Source: Anolis carolinensis
Taxonomy: Eukaryota
Assembly: GCF_035594765.1 (NCBI RefSeq)
Contig: NC_085846.1
Span: forward strand, 13,875,190 to 13,939,189
Length of the DNA stretch: 64,000 nucleotides
Direction of reading: 5' to 3'
Both the position numbers and the translations under genes were made by a program. Numbering within the stretch: position 1 is the stretch's first letter; each line of letters opens with the position of its first letter. Positions 40,021-53,059 of the stretch are shown here, piece after piece. The notes beneath the pieces are model-generated. The model was given only the letters and a program-made list of their open reading frames with translations. It did no database searches and was not told where the DNA came from.

Positions 40021-40690
40021 CTAAGAAGAGAGGAAAGACATGGAAAGAGAATCCTTAGTCCATTCTTGTTCACATAAAGTCATATATAGCAACTGATCTG
40101 TGAATGTCACTTCTTGCCCCTTGCATTACAGCAGCTTTTAACCAGAACAAAAACTCAAATTTTCAATCCCTTATAGAGAAAAGCATCTTCAACTGTTGAG
40201 TAAGTGAGCAGTATGCAGGAATACCTTCTTTCTTTTAGCCAAACCTAGACCTACAATGGAGGTGATGTGCAAAAATCTTAGAACTCAATATCCCAATAAG
40301 AAAAATAAGGTGGCAGTTTAAGTAATGTAGAGATGAGGAAGAAAACAGACAATGGGAAGGATGGCGCTTGAAGGCAGGGACAAGCGTAAGTGTGGATATC
40401 CTGTCACATGAAACTTAACTGATAAGGGACAGGAAATAGAAAAAAATCTGGTAATTGTATTGTGGCTTTTTGCTGTCATTTGCTGTATTGTGGCTTTTTG
40501 CTGCAGTAAGCTACAGAAACAACATGATAAAAGCCTTCTCAAATGTAAAGGGAATGCTTTAGTTTATCTGTTTCATAGCTTAGAAGCTATTTTCATTTAA
40601 GACCAAACTAGATCTTATTTTTCTTTTCAAGGGAGTCAGGAAACCACATGCACAATTATTTAAGGAACCCTGGCTTCCAAGCCCCCTCTA

Positions 40691-41753
<1,063 letters not shown>

Positions 41754-41936
41754 ACATCACGCATCTGATCAATAGTAGGGGCACGCAGAATGTCATTGAT
41801 GCCGATGACGTTCTCATGTTTAAAGCGGAGTAGTATTTTTATTTCGCGCAGTGTGCGTTGGCAATAAGTTTGATGCTCGAAGGGACTGATCTTTTTGATG
41901 GCAGCTCGAATCTTGTTCACGTGGTCATAAGAAGAA
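41754..41936 (-). CDS. MAPK3: MAPK3 exon 2 ([33 protein letters not shown]...MRDV)
   Basis: 183 nt; acag| acceptor; ends at the U12-type donor |GTATCCTTG. Confidence 0.95.
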
Positions 41937-42637
41937 CTGTGGAGAAAGGAAGACATGGGCAGATAAGGATCACGAGATCTGTGCTGTCTTCTTAGTATGT
42001 TATTTCTGCACACTTTCATAGTGGAAATTATCCAGTATCATTCCAGTGGAAGAAAGAAATGTGATGTTTTACAAGAGAAACTGGCAAATAGCCAGGTACA
42101 GGCCCTAGATTTGCACCTTAAGTCAATGGGATTGATTCAAGAACAGAAGCACAGGAAACATCAAGTTTTCACAATATAGATAATGAAATGCAATAGTAGA
42201 TAAGAGTTCAGCTGTTCAGCACTGTGCATTCAAATGGCAAGCTTACCAGTGTTGACACAATTGAGACCTGAAAGGTGATAACTCTTAATAATATGGAGAA
42301 ATAATTCTAAGGCAAGTCAGGACCATCATTCTAAGCATCATGTATCTGGGCTTTTTCACTCACATAGACATGATGTTTAGAAAGATGGCCATGAATAAAT
42401 CAGCCTAAAAAAGCTACAAGTATTGGAGTTCAAGTAGAAACTTAGGCATCCATTCAATGTAGTCAATTCAATAATATGGTGGTTGTGTGTGGTATTCTAA
42501 AATATTATTAAAAGTATTCTGGATTAGAGAACCCTTCTAGACATAACTAACATCTACTGCAGTCCAGACACCTACAGGCTAATATTAACATAAACACTAC
42601 AAGTCATGTGTTAGTGTAGGACCAATATGCCATACTT

Positions 42638-42868
42638 GGGCTGCATCTACACTGAACAAATAATGCAATTTCACACCACTTTAACTGCCATATTTCAATG
42701 CTATGGAATTTACGGGAGTTGTACTTTGGTGAGGTACCAATACTCTTTGGCTTAGAAGGCTACAGGCTTTGTAAAATAACATCTCACAGGATTCCACAGC
42801 ATTGAATTATGTGGTTAAAAGGGTGTGAAACTGCATTAATTCTATAGTGCTATAGTGTAGATGCACCC
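42638..42868. mobile_element. Harbinger-like MITE (gggtgcatctacact TIR family); relatives at 11511-11650, 12326-12475, 15193-15337, 25037-25167, 43109-43320
   Basis: TIR ggg(c)tgcatctacact / agtgtagatgcaccc; superfamily assignment tentative. Confidence 0.6.
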
Positions 42869-43327
42869 TTAGCGTTAGTGAAACCATTTGTCAAACAGAT
42901 CTAAAGTGGTCAAACAGACCAGGTACTGAGTGGGATTGACATCTGGTGGTGTGGCTTAACGACTACACGGCAATGAAAGACTTGGAAGGTAAAAGCTTAG
43001 CTAACGACTGGGTTCTTGCAGTGCAATTATCTGAAAGATTGCTATCAAGGACAATTTCTTCATGGATTGCTGCAACAATGTCAGCCGCCTCAGGCTCCCT
43101 GATATCGTGGGGTGCATCTACACTGGACAATGAATGCAGTCTGACACTGCTTTTAAACGCCATGGTCCAATGCTATGGAGTTGTTGTTTTTACAATGTTT
43201 CTAGCCTTCTCTGCCAAAGACTGCTGGTGCCTTACCAAACTACAAATCCCGGGGGTTCAACAGTCTTGAGCCATGGCTGTTTCAAGTGGCATCAAATTGC
43301 ACTAATTCTACAGTGTAGAACTACTTA

Positions 43328-43508
43328 AATTTGTCCCTCCAGGTGTTTTGGACTTCAACTCCCACCATTCCTAACAGCCTCAGGCCCTTTCCTTTCCCCC
43401 CTCAGCCGCTTAGGCGGCTGAGGGGGAAAAGGAAGGGGCCTGAGGCTGTTAGGAATGGTGGGAGTTGAAGTCCAAAACACCTGGAGGGTCCAAGTTTGCC
43501 CCTGCCTG
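43328..43508. mobile_element. Palindromic hAT-like MITE (long variant) in MAPK3 intron 1
   Basis: Foldback centred on cagccgcttaggcggctg. Confidence 0.8.
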
Positions 43509-43739
43509 TTCTACAGTTGTATGCAGCCCTCAGCGTTAAACTCACAAAAGGGCCTGGTGCTGGCACTCTACCAAGGCAGAGCTTTAGCCAAGAAGCCTGG
43601 CAAATATTGGCCCAGAGAGATAGCGGGCCAATCCCTGGGAGGAGCTTAGTAGGCGGCAACAATAACTTTGCAGGCTTGGGGTGTGTTTTATGTGCCCGAT
43701 GGGCTTACAGTGCAGCGTTTTCCAGAGGTGTAGGACTTC

Positions 43740-44560
43740 AACTCCCAGAAGCCTCCGCTGGGTCTACGGGTTCTTTGGAGGGTCGAGAGGCGCACATTAT
43801 GGAGAACGACACCCTCTTTTATGGGGAGGTTCAGGAACTTAAATTAAAAATAAAAAACAATATGGCGGAGGCCTGGTTCAGAGGCTACGGCAGCCGCGCG
43901 GGGCCAATTTTAGAACGCTGGGTACGGCGGCTGGGATGGGCCATTCCGCGCTTGCTCGCTCGTTCACTCACCACACCATTCCGTAGGCGCCCTCGCCGAT
44001 GTACTGCAGGTCCGTGTAGCGCGGGCCCACGTCGAAGACCTGCCCTTTCACCGTCTCCACGCCCAGCCTCGGCGCCCCGGGCACCGGCACGGCTCCTGCC
44101 CCACCAGGCGCTGCTGCTGTCGCTGCCGACATGGCCGATCCGCTGGAGAATCCCCTGCAGCCGCTCCTTAGTGCTGCTGCTGCTTTACCCGGAACCGACA
44201 CCGCCCGACGGCACTGCGCAGGCGCTGGCCTGGGAAGCTGAAGGGATGGTCACTGCGCATGCGCTCCTCAGAAGCTGCGGCTGGGAAGTTCTCTCCCCCC
44301 AGAGCGCATGCGCAGGGTTTGCCTGCTATAGCGATATACACACCGCAGCTCGCCTGGGTGGGATTGGGACGTCAGGGACTCAACCCGGAAGCGCCGCACC
44401 CAAAACATTCCACTCCAGCGAGGCCCCGCCCCCTCGGGCCCGCCCCTTGGCTCAGCGCGCCGCCAATCCCCTGCTCGAGGCCCCGCTCTTGTTCTTCTCT
44501 CAGGCCCCGCCCCTTCATCCTCCTTCCCCCCCCCCGTAATCACGTGTTCGAACCCCGAGT
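43740..44560. promoter_or_regulatory. CpG-island, TATA-less promoter of MAPK3
   Basis: Only strongly CpG-rich stretch in the window; NRF1-like GCGCATGCGC at 44255 and 44304, ETS CCGGAAG 44385, GACGTCA 44368, GC boxes 44424-44512, CCAAT 44463, CACGTG 44541. Confidence 0.85.
43972..44132 (-). CDS. MAPK3: MAPK3 exon 1 ([53 protein letters not shown])
   Basis: ggccATG at 44132; donor TG|gtgagt; Ala/Gly-rich N-terminus. Confidence 0.93.
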
Positions 44561-44724
44561 GTGCTAATAGAAAATGTTTATGCAGTTATTAATTGATTAG
44601 TTTCCTTGACTCATCGCAGTCTTAGTGGAGCTAGCCAAAGTCACACCTGTGGGATTTCTGGTTATAATGTGCAACGAGACGAGTTTTTCTTTACCTGATT
44701 TTAATTTACTGTAAAGCATGTGTG

Positions 44725-44990
44725 GGCTTTATTCCCCCAGGCAGTAAACCGCCAGACCTTGAAACTGAAAAGCTATTCAATGCTAATCAAGGTGGCCAAT
44801 GGAAACATTCACACCTACCTCAAACGGACAAGAATTCTTTCTGCCACCCTGAACAGCTATATAAACCCCACTTGCATAGTTTCCAACATACCTCACAGCC
44901 TCTGAGGATGCCGGCCACAGATGCAAGCAAAAGGTCAGGAGGAAATGCTTCTGGAACATGGCCATACAGCCAAGAAAACTCACAGCAACA
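44725..44990 (+). mobile_element. Penelope-like terminal fragment with a degenerate hammerhead
   Basis: ...tataaaccccacttg...cctcacagcctCTGAGGAtgcc...GTCagg...catggccatacagcc. Confidence 0.65.
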
Positions 44991-45126
44991 CATGTGTGGG
45001 TTGCCTGTTAGTCATACGGGCCCTAAGGTAAACGTTTGGACTCAAAAGTCTAAAAATAAAGCTATAAACGAATAGGCAACCCAGAGAAAGAAATACCAGC
45101 TGCTGGAGTAATTCTAGACTCATAGT

Positions 45127-47215
45127 TGAGTCAGGAATCCCAGGTCTCGGTGGTGACTAGGGGAGCTTTTGCACAATTAAGACTTGAGCGCCAGTTGCGC
45201 CCATATCTTCAGATGTCTGATTTGGCCACGGTGGTCTGCCCTCTGCTTACTTCCCGAATAGATTACTGCAATGCATCCTATGTGGGGTTGCCTTTGAAGA
45301 CTGTTTGGAAGCTCCAAATAGTCCTATGGGCAGCAGCCATATTGCTCACCGGAGTGACATACAGGGAGCATACCACCCCCCTGCTACGTCAGCTCCACTA
45401 GCTGCCAGTCTGCTACCGAGCACAATTCAAAGTGCTGACTTTAGCCTATGAAGCCCCAAACAGTTCTGGCACAGCTTACCTATCTGAACGTATCTCCCTC
45501 TATGACCCACCTTGCAAGCGCAACTGGTGGGGACGCTAGACAGGACCTTCTCAGTGGTGGCTACACGGCTCAGAACTCCCTCCCTAATGAAATCAGAACA
45601 GCCCCCTCCATCCTGTCTTTTAGGGGAAAAATTAAGACATGGTTATGGGACTAAACATTTGAACATTTAATTTTGCCATTTATTATGTTGTAAACCGCTT
45701 TGAGTCTCCCCAGGGGTGAGAAAAGCGGTATAGAAATGCAGTTAATAATAATTATTATAGCAGTGCAATAATTGAGAACTTTTTAAAGTATTGACTAATG
45801 GACTGATTCTGGACTACGATTTTGAACTTGCGTGATTTTAATTGTTGTTTTAATAATTTATGTTTTAATTTTTTATTTTAATTGTAATTGTATTTTTGGA
45901 ATTTGTATGTCGGGCATCGAATTGCTGCCGGTTGTGAGGTCACCCTGAGTCCCCTTCAGGGTTAGAAGGGTGGGATACAAGTATGGGAAATAGATAAACA
46001 AAAAATAGAATTAATGCAACAGGATCAGAATAATAAAGACAGCAGCAGAAATCATTATGATATGACACATGCTTCTAGGATGGCTTCTAGCAGCTTTCAG
46101 TACCATCAACCATGGTATCCTTCTGGGCCGGCTCTCCGGAATGGGTCTTGGGACCATTCCTTTGCTGTGGCTCTGCTCCTTCCTAGAGGATCGTACCCAG
46201 ATGGTGATACAGGGGGATACCTGCTCAGACCCCTGGCAATTGACCTGTGGGGTCCCGCAATGTTCCATTCTTTCTCCCATTCTTTTCAACATCTACATGA
46301 AACCGCTGGGTGAGGTTATCTGGAGTTGTACGCAGATGACACACAGCTCTATTACTCATTTCCACCGTAATCCAAGGAAGCTCCCCGAATTCTGAACCAG
46401 TGCCTGATGGCTGTAATGGACTGAATGAGAACTAATAAGCTGAAATTAAATCCAAACAAGAAAGAGTTCCTCCTGGTCAGTCGTAAGGCCGATTGGGGTA
46501 GAGGGTGGCAATCTGTGCTCGACGGGGTTACACTTTCCCTGAAGACACAGGTCCGCAGTCTGGGGGTCTTCATGGATTCAGCACTGACGCTTGAAGCTCA
46601 AGTGTCAGTAGTGGCCAGGAGGGCCTTCACACAGTTAAAACTTGTGCGCCAGCTGCAACTACAGTATACCTTGAAAGGTCTTAGTTACATCTAGAATGGA
46701 TTATTTATTTATTTATCTATTTACAACATTTCTACCCTGCCTTTCTCACCAGAGGGGACTCAAGGCGGCTGTTACTGCAATGCACTCTATGTGGGGCTGT
46801 CCAAAAATTACAACTAGTGCAAAGATCGGCAGCCAGGCTATTGACTGAGACTAGCTATAGGGAGGGAGCATACCACGCCTCTACTAAAGCAGCTCCATTG
46901 GCTGTCCATAAGTTACCAGCCCTAATTCAAAGTGCAGATTATCACATATGAAGCCCTATACAGTTTGTGTGCAGCCTATCTACATAACTGCAACCCCCCC
47001 CCCCCCAATCCTTATGAACTTGTGTGGGCCCTAAGATCTGCTGGGAAGGCCCTACTCTCAGTCCCACCTCAGTCTTAAGCATGGTTGGTTGGGGATGAAG
47101 AAGAGGGCCTTCTCATTTGTGGCTCCCTGGCTTTGGAATCAGGGAAATCAGACGAACCCTCACTATTAAATCCTTTCGGAGGGAGCTGAAGACATGGCTA
47201 TTCCAACAGGTCTTT
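45127..47215 (+). mobile_element. Cluster of L2 LINE fragments (two or more copies)
   Basis: SRIDYCNA, AAFSTINH, CGVPQCSILSPILFNIYM, KLKLNPNK segments. Confidence 0.8.
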
Positions 47216-47553
47216 AAAAATGGCTATGCATCATATACATTGGGGAACCTAAATAGAACAAAGTTTTACTCCTGTCATTTTAATGGTTTTTTTAAAAAAA
47301 ATCTGGATTGTGGCTGGGATGTTATTGGTTTGTATATCTCATTTTTTAATTTAATTTATTGTTGTGTTTTCGCCAGTTATGTGTATTTGAATTTAAATTG
47401 TACTCTGTTAATTATTGTCAGTTGTTATTTTATGTTATTTGGTGTTACTCATTGTTGTGGGCAATTTTTTATGTTTTATATGTTTCTGTATTGCATTTTT
47501 GTTACCATGTAAACCGCCCTGGTTCCTTTTTGGGAGATGGTGGTGGGATGTAC

Positions 47554-47607
<54 letters not shown>
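47554..47607. repeat. (ATT)n microsatellite at a LINE tail
   Basis: Direct read. Confidence 0.95.
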
Positions 47608-47845
47608 GTTCAAGTTATGTAGGTGGCTTTGTGTCTCAATCGAGAGATACAAGTGAAATATAAATAAAATGAGAACTAATAGGGTGAATCTCCTTTTCCA
47701 ATTGCTTCTTAACATCTTTATTAATGACTTAGATGAAAGGCTAGAAGGCATAATCATCAAGTTTGCAGACAACACCAAGAAGACAGAAGACAGGAGCAGA
47801 ATTCAAAACGATCTTAACAGATTAGAGAGAAGGGGCGAAACTAAC

Positions 47846-47985
47846 CAGATATATATTAACTTTCTTTGCTTAGTTTCTCCATACCTCACAACCTCTGAGG
47901 ATGCCTGCCATAGATGTGGGCGAAATGTCAGGAGAGAATACTTTTGGAACATGGCCATACAGCCCGGAATACATACAACAACCCT
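47846..47985 (+). mobile_element. Penelope-like (PLE) terminal fragment inserted in a CR1 copy
   Basis: Same family as 44725-44990 and 6897-7175; flanked by a ctaac direct repeat (47841-45 / 47986-90). Confidence 0.7.
47885..47936 (+). ncRNA. Minimal type-I hammerhead ribozyme motif in a Penelope-like fragment
   Basis: CCT-CTGAGGA-t-GCCTGC(catagat)GTGGGC-GAAA-tG-TC/AGG: core boxes, stem II and stem I present; predicted cleavage after 47929. Confidence 0.7.
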
Positions 47986-48823
47986 CTAACAAAATGAAGT
48001 TCAACATGGACAAATGCAAGAGACTCCACTTAGGCAGAAAAGATGGAATGCAAAGATACAGAATGGGGGACGCCTGGCTCGACAGCAGTACGTGTGAAAA
48101 AGATCTTGGAGTCCTCGTGGACAACTAGTTAAATATGTGCCAACAATGTGATGCGGCGGCAAAAAAAGCCAATGGGATTTTGGCCTGCATACATAGGAGT
48201 ATAGTGCCTAGATCCAGGGAAGTAATGCTACCCCTCTATTCTGCCTTGGTCAGACCACACCTGGAATACTGTGTCCAGTTCTGGGCACCGCAATTGAAAG
48301 GAGATATTGACAAGCTGGAATGTGTCCAGAGGAGGGCGACTAAGATGATCAAGGGTCTGGAGAACAAGCCCTATGAGGAACGGCTTAAAGAGCTGGTCGT
48401 GTTTAGCCTTCAGAAGAGAAGGCTGAGAGGAGACATGATGAGGGCCATGTATAAATATGTGAGTGGAAGTTATAGGGAGGAGGGAGGGAGCTTGTTTTCT
48501 TCTGCCCTGGAGACTAGGACACGGAACAATGGCTTCAAACTACAGGAAAGGCAATTTCCTGAACATTAGGAAGAACTTCCTGACTGTGAGAGCTGTTCGA
48601 CAGTGGAACTCTCTGCCCCGGAGTGTTGTGGAGGCTCCTTCTTTGGAGGCTTTTAAGCAGAGATTGGATGGCCATCTGTTGGGGGTGCTTTGAATGTGAT
48701 TTTCCTGCTTCTTGGCAGAATGGGGTTGGACTGGATAGCCTGTGAGGTTTCTTCCAACTCTTTGATTCTAAGAATTAAAACACAGATGTTGGTTCACCAT
48801 TAGAAGAAGTCAGTTTTACATCA

Positions 48824-49225
48824 AATGAGTCAACAGTGTCATGCAGCAGCTAAAAAGGCCAATGTGATTCTAGGCTGTGTCAATAGGAGTATAATGTCTA
48901 TACTGAGTAAGGTCAGACCTCACCTGGGATTATATTATGTCCAGTTCTGGGCACAACAATTCAAGAAAGATGGACGAGCTGCAACTTATCCAGAGAAGGG
49001 TGACGAAAATGATCAAAGATTTGGAAATGAAGCCCTATGAAGAGCGGCTTAGGATGCAGGGAATGTTTAGCCTGGAGAACAGAAAGCTGAGAGGAGACAT
49101 GATAGCCATGTTTGCACATTTGAAAGGCTGTCATAAGAAAGAGGAAGCAGGCTTGTTTTTTGCTGCTCTAGAGTCCGGACACGGAGCAATGGATTCGAAC
49201 TGCAGGGAAAGAGATTCTACCAGAA
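48824..49225 (+). mobile_element. Older CR1 fragment
   Basis: SQQCHAAAKKAN..., PYEERL..LRGDMIA. Confidence 0.8.
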
Positions 49226-49749
49226 TGAGGAGTCTAATGAATAAAAAATTTCCACTTGAGGCCATATCACGTCCTCAAACATTTCGCAGATGAAAACAAC
49301 CTTTCTCTGAGGAAGCTGTGCCAGGTTGCCATGGGAACCAGCATGGTAGTTGCGAGGAGTGACAGGCCTGGTCTAGGCCTCATCTTGTTCTGAGGCTGAA
49401 CTCAGCCATGGAAACAACCTTCCACACCGTTCCCTGGGGCTCCTCGGCGCTAAGCACTTATAACACTCCGATTCCACTTTAGCTGCCATGGCGATATCAT
49501 CCCCTCCAGTCTTTCACCAATTAAAACTGGGATACACGTGACCAAACACTATCAGAGCAAGGTGACTTGTAAAATTGGGACCATCTTTGTAGGAATGTTA
49601 AGGGGTTTTTTTGTCTTTCTCAGGCAATGAATCAAGTCCAAAATATGCATAATATGAACATCACAGTCCTTCAAATGAAAAAGCCTAGATGTAAGATCCA
49701 AAACCTGCCTGTTGTATTCTATATTAGGCTTCTGAGAGTGCATCTACAC

Positions 49750-49941
49750 TGGCATGGGCAAATTTGGGCCCTCGAGGTGTTTTGGACTCCAACTCCCCCA
49801 ATTCCTAACAGCCTCAGGCCCCTTCCTTTTCCCCCTCAGCCGCTTAAGCGGCTGAGGGGGAAAAGGAAGGGGCCTGAGGCTGTTAGGAATTGGGGGAGTT
49901 GGAGTCCAAAACACCTCGAGGGCCCAAGTTTACCATGCCCG
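49750..49941. mobile_element. Palindromic hAT-like MITE (long variant) nested in a Harbinger-like MITE
   Basis: TSD atctacac at 49742-49 and 49942-49. Confidence 0.82.
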
Positions 49942-50226
49942 ATCTACACTGTAGAATCAATGCAGTTTGACACCACTTTAACTACAATGGCTCAGTGCGA
50001 TGGAATTATGGGATTTGCAGTTTTACAAGGTCTTTTGCCATCTCTACCGAAGAGTAGCAGTAGATTTTGGGGAGTTACAAAAGCACTGAGCCATGGCACT
50101 TAAAGTGGTATATCAAACTGCATTAATTCTATAGTGTACATCAGGCATGTAAAGCTCATTTTCATTGAGGGCCACGTCAGCCTTAGGGTTGCCTCAAAGG
50201 GCCATTGGCTGGAGAATCCATGGATA

Positions 50227-50558
50227 AGGTAAAGACAGAGGTTTCCCCCGACATGAAGTCTAGTCGTGTCCGACTCTGGGGGTTGGTACTCATCTCCATT
50301 TCTAAGCCGAAGAGCCAGTGTTGTCCGTAGACACCTCCAAGGTCATGTGGCCGGCATGATGGTATGGAGCGCTGTAACCTTCCCACCAGAGCAGTACCTA
50401 TTGATCTACTCACATTTGCATGTTTTTGAACCGGTAGGTTGGCAGAAGCTGGAGCTAATAGTGGGAGCTCACCCCGCTCTCCAGATTCAAACCGCTGACC
50501 TTTAAGGTCAGCAAATGCAGCAGCTGCTCGGTTTAACCCACTATGCCACCTGAGGCTC
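50227..50558 (-). mobile_element. Sauria SINE
   Basis: Near-identical to the other copies. Confidence 0.85.
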
Positions 50559-51742
50559 CAAATCCATGGATACAGAGGTTCAATTATAATGTTTTACATA
50601 GGTGTCGGTGCTCTTTAGCTTTTACCCAATTTAGATGCCCAGATGTTATGCAACGACAGCTCCCATTGCTTTTGATTATCTGCCATAAAGACTGGGGATA
50701 ATGGGCATTACAACCCAACAGCACTTGTGGCTCTGAGGATGGGAATGGTTAAAGGGCATTTTAAAGTCAGGCATCATATCTACAAGCCTTGTATCTTAAG
50801 CCAAACCCCACTATCCTAACTAAACAGAGCAAGCTGTAGCTTCCCAGATGGTACTGCATTCCAACTTCCATCAACTGTAGTCATTATGTCTAATGAAGAG
50901 GAATACAGGAGTTGTAATCCAGCATCTGAAGGGTCACATAAAATGACATGAAAGGCCGGAATGCCTTGTGTTTGATGCTTGTGGTGTAGATGCACCTGTA
51001 GACTCTTCCTATCCCAGTTGCAGCCATATGATTAATCTATATATATAAAAGAGTGATGGCATCACGGCAATTCACAAAACAACAAAAGTACAGGCCCCCC
51101 AACCTCAAAATTTGACAACACAACCCATCATCCACGCCTCAAGGTTGATACAACAAAAAGAAAAGAAAAATAAAGTCCTAATTAGAGGGAGAGCAATAAT
51201 TTTTTTATCCAATTGCTGCCAGTTTAGAGGGCTAATCTCTGCCCACTTGGTTGCCTAGCAACCAAGGCACAGCCAGGTTTCAGTTAGGGGACAGGCAGAT
51301 TTAGGCCTCACTTAGACTTCTTCCACAGATTATCTAATTTGCACTGGATTATATGGCAGTGTAGACTCAAGGCCCTTCAACACAGCTATATAACCCATTT
51401 ATAATCTTATATTATCTGCTTTGCACTGAATTATCTTGACTCCACACTGCCATATAATCCACTTCAGTGTGCATTTTATACAGCTGTGAAGAAGGGGCCT
51501 CAGATAATCCAGTTCTGAGCAGATAATATAAGATTAGAAATATACAGTAGAGTCTCACTTATCCAACGTAAACAGGCCGGCAGGATAAGTGAATATGTTG
51601 GATAATAAGAAGGGATTAAGGAAAAGCCAATTAAACATCAAATTAGGTAATCGTTATACAAATTAAGCACCAAAACATCATATTATACAACAAATTTGAC
51701 AGAAAAAGTAGTTCCATGCGCAGTAATGCTATGTAGTATTTA

Positions 51743-52062
51743 CAGTAGAGTCTCACTTATCCAACACTCACTTATCCAACGTTCTGGATTATCCAACGCA
51801 TTTTTGTAGTCAATGCTTTCAATATATCGTGATATTTTGGTGCTAAATTCATAAATACAGTAATTACTATATAGCATTACTGTGTACTGAACTACTTTTT
51901 CTGACAAATTTGTTGTCTAACATGATGTTTTGGTGCTTAATTTGTAAAATCATAACTTAATTTGATGTTTAATAGGGTTATCCTTAATTCCTCATTATCC
52001 AACATATTCGCTTATCCAACGTTCTGCCGGCCCGTTTATGTTGGATAAGTGAGACTCTACTG
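51743..52062. mobile_element. Tc1/mariner MITE inserted in reverse into a copy of its own family (51545-52200)
   Basis: Complete TIRs with TA flanks inside a homologous element. Confidence 0.8.
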
Positions 52063-52631
52063 TACTGTATTTACAAATTTACCACTAAAATATCACAATG
52101 AATTTAAAACACTGACTACAAAAACATTGATTATGAAAAGGCAGACTGCGTTGGATAATCCAGAACATTGTATAAGCGAATGTTGGATAAGTGAGATTCT
52201 TCTTTAATATGAAATAATTACTGGGATAGAATAATGCAGAACAATATAATCTCTAAAACCAGGACAGTAAATAAACAGGGGAATTCCACACAGGAAACAA
52301 TAAGGGCCAGCTAACACCTCCCAACAAAGTATTCCCATCATCAAAGTCTGGAAAATCCTCTGTTTTCTCAGGGCCACAGACAGTAGAAGCACAAAAAATA
52401 TCGCAAACAACACCACTCTGAAAACAAGGGAATTCCAGACAGGAAACAATTAGGGCCAGCTAACACCTCCCAACAAAAAATTCACTCAGGGAGGAAACAG
52501 CCAGGCTTTAAAGCTGCAAGGCCATTACATCCTAATCATTTTTCCTAATTGCAGCATTCATACTTGCCTCCAACAAACAAAAAAAACCAATCAGAAATAT
52601 TGTATATTCACAACCTTTAGGAAATAATATC

Positions 52632-52943
52632 CCCTGATGGCGCAGCGTGTTAAAGCGCTGAGCTGCTGAACTTCTGGACTGAAAGGCCACAGGTTTGAAT
52701 TGGGGGAGCGGAGAGAGCCCCCACTGTTAGCTCCAGCTTCTGCCAACCCAGATGTTCGAAAACATGCAAATGTGAGTGCATCAATAGGTACTGCTCCGGC
52801 GGGAAGGTAGTCATCCCACATGACCTTGGAGGAGTCTACGGACAACGCCGGCTCTTCGGCTTAGAAATGGAGATGAGCACCAACCTCCAGAGTAAGACAC
52901 GACTGGACTTAATGTCTGGGGAAAACCTTTACCCTTGACCTTA
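52632..52943 (+). mobile_element. Sauria SINE inside the Helitron
   Basis: Same family, within 51036-53021. Confidence 0.8.
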
Positions 52944-53059
52944 ACTACCACCAATTCCTCAATACTTTATTTCCCATACCACCATACTTCGCCACAGCAA
53001 CGCGTGGCCAGGCACAGCTAGTAAATATATAAGCAGACACTTCTATAAAGAAGAAGAAA

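Larger units (their letters stand above)
47706..48770 (+). mobile_element. CR1 LINE 3' fragment (RT C-terminal region)
   Basis: ORFs [42 protein letters not shown]; tail tgattcta. Confidence 0.9.
51036..53021 (+). mobile_element. Non-autonomous Helitron (1986 bp) with a mosaic of TE fragments inside
   Basis: Same 5' ~200 bp and 3' hairpin/CTAG as 17159-17613; inserted between A and T. Confidence 0.88.

Noticed and set aside
44133-44201. In-frame GTG giving a 23-aa N-terminal extension of ERK1
   Set aside because: The ATG at 44132 has adequate context and matches the homologous start; nothing in the sequence supports non-AUG use
43496-44539. 347-aa plus-strand ORF, the longest in the track
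   Set aside because: It has a non-ATG start inside a MITE, runs antisense through MAPK3 exon 1 and the CpG island, is Pro/Arg/Ala-rich and has no recognisable domain; a typical GC-rich shadow ORF
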